Positions 1 to 8,018 of a stretch of 33,569 nt of DNA are shown piece by piece. Made by a program: the position numbers and the translations under genes. Positions within the stretch are counted from its first letter, which is position 1; each line of letters starts with the position of its first letter. A model generated the notes under the pieces. That model saw nothing but the letters and a program-made list of their open reading frames with translations. It made no database searches and was not told the origin of the DNA. This DNA is from Fibrobacteria bacterium (lineage in GTDB: Bacteria; Fibrobacterota; Fibrobacteria; UBA11236), in contig JAYTHY010000063.1 in assembly GCA_043732185.1 (NCBI GenBank), positions 1 through 33,569 of the forward strand, read 5' to 3'.

Positions 1-178
1 CCAGTCCATTTAGAATCATTGCCACGACAGCTTGGCCTGGTGTAACAACGCGTTTTTCGTGCACGCCTAAAACGGCATCAATGCGCTCGGCGATTTTAAG
101 GTCTTTGCAAACGGAGGCGATTATGCCATGGTGGTCAAAAGGATTGGTTTGGATATTGTTTTCTGCTAGTTCGTGCAT
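1..178 (-). mobile_element. IS1634-family transposase, N-terminal part (DUF4277 region), runs off the window start
   Basis: Not in the ORF track. Manual translation from the ATG at 178 gives MHELAENNIQTNPFDHHGIIASVCKDLKIAERIDAVLGVHEKRVVTPGQAVVAMILNGL, matching the DHxGxxA...G..VxAMILNGLG signature of IS1634 transposases. Confidence 0.85.
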
Positions 179-630
179 GAAAGAATCCTCAAGTCCCAAA
201 GAAAACGAAATTGTTTTCGGAGGGGATGGGAATAATTGTAGGCTGATAAAAGGCTTGTGGAATGGGATCCAAATGGGCACTAGGATCCATTTGTGCACTA
301 GGCTGCGGTGGTAACGCCTATAGTACCCTGGTTAGGAAATTCGATAACAGTAAAATTTCAATGCCTTGATTTTAAAAGGGATAGGAAAAGGGTAAGGCGG
401 GCAAGGGTGATAACAGGCTAAATGTAAAAAGTTGGGAATTGCGTCCTTGCAATGTGGGCTTCAAGTCTAGTTACTTGGCATGTCATAAAGTCTGCCCCAC
501 TCAAAAGCACCTGCCCGGCCGTTTTTAATTTCTGCTTCGCTTCCATTCTGTCCTCCACCGGCTTCCAACGACACTCCCAAAAATAGTTATTGAGTTAGAT
601 TATCAATTCACTTCACAGAAAGAGTACCCT

Positions 631-1131
631 ATGTCTCAAATATTACTCAAAGGCAACCCAATCCACACTTCCGGCAGCCTTCCCGCTATCGGCAGCCAAG
701 CCCCAGATTTCAACCTAACAACGGCCGCATTGGAAGGAAAAACACTAAAGGATTTCGCCGGCAAAAAAGTAGTCCTCAATATTTACCCAAGCATTGATAC
801 CGGCGTGTGCGCCATGTCAGTCAGAACATTCAACAAAACCGCCAGCGAACTGCCTAATACCGTCGTAGTGGGAATCTCCATGGATACACCCTTTGCATTG
901 AAACGCTTTTGCGGCGCAGAAGGAATTGAAAAGGTTATCACGACATCCTTGGTGCGCGATCCCAACTTCGGCACCACTTACGGCGTGCGCATCATTGACG
1001 GTGGCATGCAAGGCTTAATGTCCCGTTCAATCGTCATCCTAGACGAAAAAGGCAAAGTCCTCTACACCGAACAAGTTCCCGAAACCACCCAAGAACCCGA
1101 TTACACCTCAGCCATAAACGCATTAAAGTAA
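631..1131 (+). CDS. tpx: Thiol peroxidase (atypical 2-Cys peroxiredoxin)
   Basis: 166 aa with PSIDTGVC peroxidatic motif, SMDTPFALKRFCG and EQVPETTQEPDY. Confidence 0.95.
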   Translation: MSQILLKGNPIHTSGSLPAIGSQAPDFNLTTAALEGKTLKDFAGKKVVLNIYPSIDTGVCAMSVRTFNKTASELPNTVVVGISMDTPFALKRFCGAEGIEKVITTSLVRDPNFGTTYGVRIIDGGMQGLMSRSIVILDEKGKVLYTEQVPETTQEPDYTSAINALK

Positions 1132-1351
1132 CCCCCCTTCCCACTTCCCCTTCCACTCCCACTCCCACTTCCCAAAGACCCCCTGCCGCGCGCATTCCCC
1201 CGCGGCAATTTCGAAAAGCAAAGAATCTCTCTCTTCTCTTCACTTCGCTTCGCTTCTCCGGCTCTCCGCTTTTCTCCTCGCGGTCTCTTCGCCACCGCAT
1301 CAACTGGTCCCCAGGGATGAGGGCGCCCTGCACAGAGGGGCTCGGGGGGTC

Positions 1352-1448
1352 TCTCCCACCCCCGGCGCACAGACTTGGCTTAGCGCGTTCGGAGAAATTA
1401 AACCAGGGGAAAATCTACGCGCGAGATTCCGATGGCGGGGGTGGGAGA
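1352..1448. repeat. GC-rich inverted repeat in the gap between convergent genes (REP/MITE-like or bidirectional terminator region)
   Basis: TCTCCCACCCCCG (1352-1364) is the exact reverse complement of CGGGGGTGGGAGA (1436-1448). The right arm also forms a local hairpin, GATGG..GGTGGG/CCCACC..CCATC. Confidence 0.6.
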
Positions 1449-1492
1449 TGCCCACCGACCCCATCTACGTAGAGCCCTCGTACCAGAGAACC

Positions 1493-3064
1493 CTACTTCC
1501 ACACAGAGTCCTTGAGATACTCCGCCAAATCGCAAAGCCGTCGGTTTTGAGGGAGCTTATCGCCCCCCATGCGAACCAGGCGAATTTGATGCTCTTTGCC
1601 GACAAATTGGACCATGAATTCAAAGGTGTCGTCATTCTCCCAAATAATTCCCTGAAAAGACTTGTACCCCGGACATGCGGCTTCACCCGTGCCTTTTCCC
1701 TCACCGGAGATTTTGGTTTTAATTCTCAGCATGCGGCCAAAGACATCGCCGCTTGATTCCGCGCTGTCCGTCACATCTGCTCGAATGCCCCAGAGCTTGC
1801 CGTCCTTGAAAGCCAATAGGTATTCGTGTTTTATTCCATCCATCACAAAGGTATCCAATAGGTTACCTCCGGGCAAAGTCACAAAGGTTTTTTTGGGATA
1901 GGCTTGCCGCACCTGGTTTGGAGAACAGCCCCATGACACACTATAGGTTCCCAGCAGCGCGTTGGTGCCGGGAATGATGACGGGTGCTTGTTCGTCCCCG
2001 GAGGATGCGGCAGCCCGTTGGCGCCGACTTCTGGATTCCGCTTCGGTCAAGGCTTGCGGCGCTTCGCGGATTAGCGCGCTAAAAGCAGCCTCACGTTTTT
2101 CGTTCAAGCCGGGCAGAGTGGAATCCAAATGCAGGCTGGAATCAAAACATTCCGTTGCGGACCCGAACATTCCACGCCTAAAATAAGCTTGGCCAAGCGC
2201 CATCCAAAGTGGTGCATTTTTGTTGTAGTGCCGTGCTAAGGGATCCAAAAGGGAAACAGCAAATATGGCCTCGGCATCGGTGGGACGAAGGCTGCCCTTG
2301 CGGCTTTTCGGCTTCCATCCCAGCGTCGTCAGCGCTTCAGAATAGTCGCCGTTGTCTGGATTCTTCTCTACCAACCGACGGTATACAGAATCGGCTTTGT
2401 GCAAAAAACCATGTGCTTCCCAAAGCCAACCTTGCACCAAATCCATCTGGTCCGTTTTCCAACCTTTTTCCTGCGAGTATTCCAGCGCCATGAGCGCGCT
2501 ATCCTCCGAACCGGTTTGATAAAACAGGGTCGCCAAATAATCATAAGGGGGAACTTCGGCGCTACCCAAGGAATCCTTCCGACCCAACTCGTAAGCCTTC
2601 GGGCTGGATTCCATAAGGCTGATGGCCGTGGCATAGCTCATGCGCGCCGGACCCACTTCCCCTTTGGCCATTTGGATGCGGCCTTGGTGGAGATAGGGAT
2701 AGGCGAACTGAGGTGATACTTGAATGGACTTTCGATAATAATGAAGGGCCGAGTCCAGCAGACGCGCGGATTCAAACGCGATTCCTGCTTGATAGTTGAG
2801 ACTGGGATTGTCCGGGTCTTTTTCTAAAGCAGCGGTCAGAGCCGAAGGCGAGAGAGAATCCAATTTCAAGCCGACTTTAAAGTCCCTGCCTCGCTTTATT
2901 AGGCTTCCGGACTCAAGACCAAAAGGCGACTCCCGCACTTTGACCTTTCGCAAGTTCAAAATAGAGCCAAAGAAAAAACCGATTCCGATTCCAAGTATGC
3001 CGGCAATGGCGGCGATAAGGACAATAGCCCTGTTTTTAGACTGGAGGTCCTTGGGGGCGCTGAT
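1493..3064 (-). CDS. Tetratricopeptide-repeat protein with N-terminal membrane anchor
   Basis: TPR-like helices (LNYQAGIAFE..A..YYRKSIQVSP; LWMALGQAYFRRGMFGSATECFDSSLHLD). The track starts it at TTG 2959, but the frame stays open upstream through a hydrophobic segment (AIVLIAAIAGILGIGIGFFFGSIL). The proposed start, ATC at 3064 behind GAGGA, is an inference. Confidence 0.75.
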   Translation of the reverse strand: MSAPKDLQSKNRAIVLIAAIAGILGIGIGFFFGSILNLRKVKVRESPFGLESGSLIKRGRDFKVGLKLDSLSPSALTAALEKDPDNPSLNYQAGIAFESARLLDSALHYYRKSIQVSPQFAYPYLHQGRIQMAKGEVGPARMSYATAISLMESSPKAYELGRKDSLGSAEVPPYDYLATLFYQTGSEDSALMALEYSQEKGWKTDQMDLVQGWLWEAHGFLHKADSVYRRLVEKNPDNGDYSEALTTLGWKPKSRKGSLRPTDAEAIFAVSLLDPLARHYNKNAPLWMALGQAYFRRGMFGSATECFDSSLHLDSTLPGLNEKREAAFSALIREAPQALTEAESRSRRQRAAASSGDEQAPVIIPGTNALLGTYSVSWGCSPNQVRQAYPKKTFVTLPGGNLLDTFVMDGIKHEYLLAFKDGKLWGIRADVTDSAESSGDVFGRMLRIKTKISGEGKGTGEAACPGYKSFQGIIWENDDTFEFMVQFVGKEHQIRLVRMGGDKLPQNRRLCDLAEYLKDSVWK

Positions 3065-3068
3065 AGGC

Positions 3069-3899
3069 TTAGTCCTCTGCGAAGAAGGGCATGAGTTTGT
3101 CTTTGGATTCCTTGGACCGCAGCAGCTTGCGCAGCGACTTGTTTTTGATCTGACGCACCCGTTCGCGCGTGAGCTTCAGTTCCTTGCCGATTTCATCCAG
3201 TGTGAACTCGCGAGAATAGTTGATGCCGTAATACATGCGCAAAACTTTTTCTTCCCGTTCCGACATTTGGCCCAGCACCGAATCGATGACCCGTGACAGC
3301 TCGGCTTTTTCATTGTCGACTTCCTGATTGCCATCTTTGCCCAGCACGTCCATCAAAGTTGTGACCGGATCCCGTCCGTCGCTTTCCGAGCCCATAGGCG
3401 CATTCAAGGAGACGTCGGCGATTTTCTCCATGATCTCGGCGATTTCCATTTCATATTCGGAAAACTCAGGCAAAGCGATGGTCTTTTCGTAGTCGCCGCC
3501 ATTTTGCACCAAGGCTTTTTTGAATCGATTGACCATGGCAAGCTTGTTGGGCGGCACGCGCACGGCACCGATTTGTTCAAACAAAGCTTTTTGGATCGAC
3601 TGCCGAATCCACCACACCGCATAGGAAATGAATTTGACTTCCCGGGAGGGGTCGTAGCGCTTGGCGGCTTTGTAAAGGCCTAAGTTGCCTTCATTGATGA
3701 GCTCTAAAAGGGACAGGCCCTTGCCCTGATACCGTCTCGCTATGGAAACGACAAAACGCAAGTTCCCGAGGATAAGGCGGTGCATGGATTTCGCATCGCC
3801 CTTTTTGATGCGCTGCACCAAATCTTTTTCTTCTTCGGGCGTAATGATCGCATGGCGATACAAATCCCGGAAATAAAGCTGCTCGTTTTGTTCGACCAA
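3069..3899 (-). CDS. RNA polymerase sigma-70 factor, RpoD/SigA-like family lacking region 1.1
   Basis: Region 2 motifs NLRFVVSIARRY, LINEGNLGL and KFISYAVWWIRQSI; region 4 TLDEIGKELKLTRERVRQI. Confidence 0.93.
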   Translation of the reverse strand: MVEQNEQLYFRDLYRHAIITPEEEKDLVQRIKKGDAKSMHRLILGNLRFVVSIARRYQGKGLSLLELINEGNLGLYKAAKRYDPSREVKFISYAVWWIRQSIQKALFEQIGAVRVPPNKLAMVNRFKKALVQNGGDYEKTIALPEFSEYEMEIAEIMEKIADVSLNAPMGSESDGRDPVTTLMDVLGKDGNQEVDNEKAELSRVIDSVLGQMSEREEKVLRMYYGINYSREFTLDEIGKELKLTRERVRQIKNKSLRKLLRSKESKDKLMPFFAED

Positions 3900-3975
3900 A
3901 GCCCGGACCCCATTTCAAAAATCGAAGCTATAGAGACAATGTAGCATTCTAAGTCCGCCATTCTCAAGCTCTTGA

Positions 3976-4317
3976 CTATGCGGAAACCTTATCTGCCGGA
4001 GGATTCCGCTCCGGATTACCCAGACTCAGGTTTTTCAAGTAATCGTAACTGTAAATCCCGGTCTTATGGCCATCGCTCCATTGAATGACCATAGCATAGC
4101 GTCCCACGGATTTAAGTTCCACCGGATGGACATCTTTGGGCAACTTCGCCTCGTCCAGAATCTTTTCACCCGTCCACTCATTGACGCAAACCGCGCAAGG
4201 ACAGGCGGACCGTAAGCCTAATACCGTGAACTCCGAGGTGCTGCCGTCGTTCCAGGCGATCCTCAATACATCATTCCCTTTGCGATAAATACCGACAGGA
4301 GCATTGACCTTAATCAT
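3976..4317 (-). CDS. DUF971 (GBBH-like N-terminal) domain protein
   Basis: LRSACPCAVC and VGRYAMVIQWSDGHKTGIYSYDYL motifs; ATGA overlap with the upstream mrp gene. Confidence 0.9.
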   Translation of the reverse strand: MIKVNAPVGIYRKGNDVLRIAWNDGSTSEFTVLGLRSACPCAVCVNEWTGEKILDEAKLPKDVHPVELKSVGRYAMVIQWSDGHKTGIYSYDYLKNLSLGNPERNPPADKVSA

Positions 4318-5453
4318 GCTTTGACCCTTTCTTTAACCGGGGCCACAAGCACCATGGGGATGGTCTCCCAGGTGTAGTCAAAATCCGTCAACACCCCGCT
4401 CTGGGCCACGCTTAAAATAGACAACTCCGATGCCAACAACCCGGCGATTTCCCGGTACATGCGGGCCGATTCCGAGGCTGGATTCTTTTCGACAATGGGC
4501 GAACCCGCATCGCCGCCTACAGCCACTTCCGGCTCCAGGGGGACTTCACCCAAAAAGGGTACGCCGAGCGAGTTGGATATGCGTCTGCCCCCGCCCTGAC
4601 GGAAGATGTAATGTTTCTTTTCACAATTGTCGCAGATGAAATAAGACATGTTCTCGATGATACCGAGCACGGGTACCGAAACCTTCTGGAACATCTTCAG
4701 TCCCTTTTTGGCGTCGAGCACGCTGACATCCTGCGGTGTAGTGACGATGACGCCGCCGGACAAAGGCGCGCTCTGGGTCAACGTCAGCTGGATATCGCCG
4801 GTTCCCGGGGGCATGTCGATCAGCAGATAATCCAGTTCCCCCCAAACCACATTGTGAACAAAGTTTTGAATCATCTGGGAGACCATGGGTCCGCGCCAGA
4901 TCACAGGCTTTTCATCATCCGCGAACATGGCCATGGAGACGATCTTTATACCGTTGACGACTACGGGATGGAGCTTCTGTTTGTCGTCGAGTACAGGCGA
5001 TTCCTTAACTTGAAACATCATGTTCATCGATGGGCCATAGATGTCGGCATCCAGAATCCCTACCTTCGCTCCGGTTTGTGCCAGAGCCACTGCCAGATTG
5101 GCCGTTGCCGTCGACTTGCCGACCCCACCTTTGCCGGAAGCCACCGCGACCACATGCCGCACATCCATTAGCAAATCCGTCTTTTTGCTGCCCATCGTTT
5201 TAGGCACTTGCGCGGTCATGTTGACTTCGACCGATGTCACGCCGGGGATGGCATTAACGGCTTCCAGGCACTGGGTTTTAAGATCCTCCTTAACCGGGCA
5301 AGCCGGCGTGGTCAGCTGCACATCGAACTTGACCGAGCCTCCGGTAATCCGAATATTCTTGACGAACTCCAAATCCACGATATCGCGATGAAGATCCGGA
5401 TCCTGAACGACCCTAAGGGCCTCCAAGACTTGCTTTTCCAAAACTGTCGCCAT
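4314..5453 (-). CDS. apbC: Mrp/ApbC (NBP35-family) Fe-S cluster carrier ATPase with N-terminal DUF59 domain
   Basis: V.DPDL..DIV.L and LTTPACP (DUF59); SGKGGVGKST; DADIYGPS; DMPPGTGD; ENMSYFICDNC. Confidence 0.92.
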   Translation of the reverse strand: MATVLEKQVLEALRVVQDPDLHRDIVDLEFVKNIRITGGSVKFDVQLTTPACPVKEDLKTQCLEAVNAIPGVTSVEVNMTAQVPKTMGSKKTDLLMDVRHVVAVASGKGGVGKSTATANLAVALAQTGAKVGILDADIYGPSMNMMFQVKESPVLDDKQKLHPVVVNGIKIVSMAMFADDEKPVIWRGPMVSQMIQNFVHNVVWGELDYLLIDMPPGTGDIQLTLTQSAPLSGGVIVTTPQDVSVLDAKKGLKMFQKVSVPVLGIIENMSYFICDNCEKKHYIFRQGGGRRISNSLGVPFLGEVPLEPEVAVGGDAGSPIVEKNPASESARMYREIAGLLASELSILSVAQSGVLTDFDYTWETIPMVLVAPVKERVKA

Positions 5454-5569
5454 GGGTTTTTTCGCCTTTTGGTTGAAGTAAACAATATAGTTTTATGCTA
5501 TTGGCTTAGCTAATTTGAAGCGTTTGCTAATTTGAACGGAACTCGTATGGATTGGGAAAGGTAAAACCG

Positions 5570-6865
5570 ATGAGCATGGAACGACAAATCGCCGTAGTAG
5601 GACTTGGATATGTGGGCCTACCTATCGCAGTATATTTTGGCAGGTTGACAAAGGTTATCGCCTTTGATGTCAATGCCAAGCGCATCGAAGAGTTAAAGCG
5701 GGGCGTCGATCGCAACCACGATTTGCCCACGGAAGAACTAACCAACACCAAAGCCGAGTTCACGCTAGACGCCGCTCGCCTTAAAGAAGCAGACTTCATC
5801 ATCATCACCGTCCCCACTCCCATCAATGAAGCCAACCGCCCGGATCTGACGCCCCTAGTCAAAGCCTCCACCACGGTGGGCCGCAATTTGAAAAAAGGCG
5901 CCATCGTTGTTTATGAAAGTACCGTGTATCCCGGAGCCACCGAAGAGGAATGCGTCCCCATTCTGGAAAAGGAATCCGGTCTCAAATGCGGCGTAGACTT
6001 CAAAGTAGGCTACTCGCCCGAGCGCATCAATCCCGGTGATCATGAGCACACCTTCACCAAAATCACCAAAGTTGTTTCTGGCATGGATGCGGAAACGTTG
6101 GACATTGTCGCCGCTACTTACTCGTCTGTGGTTACGGCCGGGGTATTCAAAGCCTCGTCCATCAAGGTTGCCGAGGCTGCCAAGGTTATCGAAAACACAC
6201 AGCGTGATCTGAATATATCTCTCGTGAACGAACTGTCCATCATCTTCCATCGCCTGGGCATCGATACACAAGAAGTCTTGCAGGCAGCGGGCACCAAATG
6301 GAACTTTCTCAAATTCTCACCCGGCCTGGTAGGCGGGCATTGCATCGGCGTGGACCCGTACTATTTAACGCATAAGGCCGAGCAGGTGGGCTATATACCC
6401 CAGGTTATCCTAGCGGGACGCCGCATCAACGACGGCATGGGCCGTTTTGTGGCGCGGGAAATGACCAAGCTGATGCTGAGTCAAGGCGCAGCCAATTTCC
6501 AGAATGGACGTCCAATGGTTTCCGTGCTGGGCTTGACCTTCAAGGAAAACGTATCCGACATCCGTAACACTCGGGTTACTGATATCATCGGTGAATTGCG
6601 CGCTTTTGGGTTCGATGTGCAGGTGGCCGATCCCATGGCCTATCCAGAGGAAGCCAAGCACGAGTATGAAATTGATTTGGTGCCTTTGGAGAAGTTCAAA
6701 CCGGCGGTGGGCGTGGTGTTTGCCGTGTCGCATGAGCAATATGTAAAGTGCGGTTGGGAGTTGCCCGTCTCGCTGCTGCAAGGCGGAAAAGGCGTGGTTG
6801 CCGATTTAAAAGGTGTGTTGCCGCGCGCGAAAACGCCTGCGGGTGTGGCGCTTTGGAGGCTGTAG
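5570..6865 (+). CDS. Nucleotide-sugar dehydrogenase (UDP-N-acetylhexosamine 6-dehydrogenase, TviB/WbpO-like)
   Basis: GLGYVGLP, YESTVYPG, YSPERINPGD, AAKVIENTQRD and GGHCIGVDPYYL. Start moved to ATG 5570 behind AAAGGT. Confidence 0.92.
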   Translation: MSMERQIAVVGLGYVGLPIAVYFGRLTKVIAFDVNAKRIEELKRGVDRNHDLPTEELTNTKAEFTLDAARLKEADFIIITVPTPINEANRPDLTPLVKASTTVGRNLKKGAIVVYESTVYPGATEEECVPILEKESGLKCGVDFKVGYSPERINPGDHEHTFTKITKVVSGMDAETLDIVAATYSSVVTAGVFKASSIKVAEAAKVIENTQRDLNISLVNELSIIFHRLGIDTQEVLQAAGTKWNFLKFSPGLVGGHCIGVDPYYLTHKAEQVGYIPQVILAGRRINDGMGRFVAREMTKLMLSQGAANFQNGRPMVSVLGLTFKENVSDIRNTRVTDIIGELRAFGFDVQVADPMAYPEEAKHEYEIDLVPLEKFKPAVGVVFAVSHEQYVKCGWELPVSLLQGGKGVVADLKGVLPRAKTPAGVALWRL

Positions 6866-6894
6866 ACTTTTGGTGATTGATAGGCTTAAAAAGA

Positions 6895-7923
6895 TCATTT
6901 TGTCAAAGTAAAATTGGCTAGTGAAAAACCATAAGCGTCGTCTTTACTTTTTTTGATTTGAACGTTATAGGTTCCCGCTCCCAAGCCCGTCAGGCCAATG
7001 GGAACAATAACGCTATCCGTATAGTTCATTGCACCTAAACCGGATTCTACAGCATATCCCAAGGGGCCGGAAACCCTGATTAACGCTGAACTGTAGAGGG
7101 AGTATCCCTTAACCGTGAGGTTGGCATTAACATCGCCACCTCCGAAAGGGCCGTGGTTAAAAGAGGCGTTATTAACGTGCATGGGCGGTGAGGTGGAAAG
7201 GTGGTATGCTTTTTCCTTGGTCTTTCCATCGCCATTAATGATTTTTATGGTTGTCAGTTTCTCTTGACAGTTATCGTTGAGTTCACCAAAATGATTTTTA
7301 GGAATTCTGAAGCGCAACACGTTGGTGCTTTCCGTGATCACCCCTGGTATGGTTTTTCCGTCGATGGACACGGAACAACTACCATAAAAGCTGGTTCCAG
7401 ATAATTTAATGGAATCACCAGCCTGAACAAATTGAAAGCAACCCGGTTGAGGAGCAATAGCATCGGCAAGGGACAAATTAAAGGACATAAGCCTCTTAGA
7501 GTGTTTTATAGCGCCTAGAGCCGATTTATCCAGGTTGGTAACTTGTATGCGATACGCAGCATCGTAATATATTTTAAAGTCGATGGTTGAGGGCTCAACG
7601 GCTTTGGCAACAATCTTAGTCGCCGTGGCACTTAGTACTGTAAAGGACGGATCTGTGTCGAAGGTTTTGTTGAAAGGTTGAAAGGGACCTGTTCCAGCGG
7701 AGCCCATCTCGACAAGGTTCTTAGCTATGTCAGTGTTAAAACCTGTTCCGATTATGGTGATTTCATCATCTGCATAGAACGTTTCCGGCGAGATAGAAAT
7801 TATGGTCATTTCACCCGTAGGACCAGGATCTATGGGGTTGATTTTAGGGGCATCGGTTGGTGATTTGCATTCCTGCAAGCTGAATGCAAGAATGAGGGCC
7901 AGGAGGGGGTGGCGATTTTTCAT
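6895..7923 (-). CDS. Putative lipoprotein with IPT/TIG-like beta-rich repeats
   Basis: Signal peptide ending near a Cys (MKNRHPLLALILAFSLQEC); ISISPETFYADDEITIIGTGF and AGDSIKLSGTSF resemble IPT/TIG domain starts; visibly more AT-rich than its neighbours. Confidence 0.65.
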   Translation of the reverse strand: MKNRHPLLALILAFSLQECKSPTDAPKINPIDPGPTGEMTIISISPETFYADDEITIIGTGFNTDIAKNLVEMGSAGTGPFQPFNKTFDTDPSFTVLSATATKIVAKAVEPSTIDFKIYYDAAYRIQVTNLDKSALGAIKHSKRLMSFNLSLADAIAPQPGCFQFVQAGDSIKLSGTSFYGSCSVSIDGKTIPGVITESTNVLRFRIPKNHFGELNDNCQEKLTTIKIINGDGKTKEKAYHLSTSPPMHVNNASFNHGPFGGGDVNANLTVKGYSLYSSALIRVSGPLGYAVESGLGAMNYTDSVIVPIGLTGLGAGTYNVQIKKSKDDAYGFSLANFTLTK

Positions 7924-8018
7924 ATTGGGTAAAAATAGGAAACAAAATTAGTGGAGAGGGCGAACTTTGAATTGCGGAGGGGCCTTGATTTACCCAGGAT
8001 CTTTTTGAAATTTAGCGA

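Noticed and set aside
81..314. 77-aa plus-strand ORF, and the many short ORFs overlapping long genes throughout the window
   Set aside because: They are antisense or alternate-frame shadows of better-supported genes and carry no motifs.
418..546. 42-aa minus-strand ORF with a GGAGG SD, divergent from tpx
   Set aside because: No recognisable motif; it may be a truncated gene start but cannot be supported from sequence alone.
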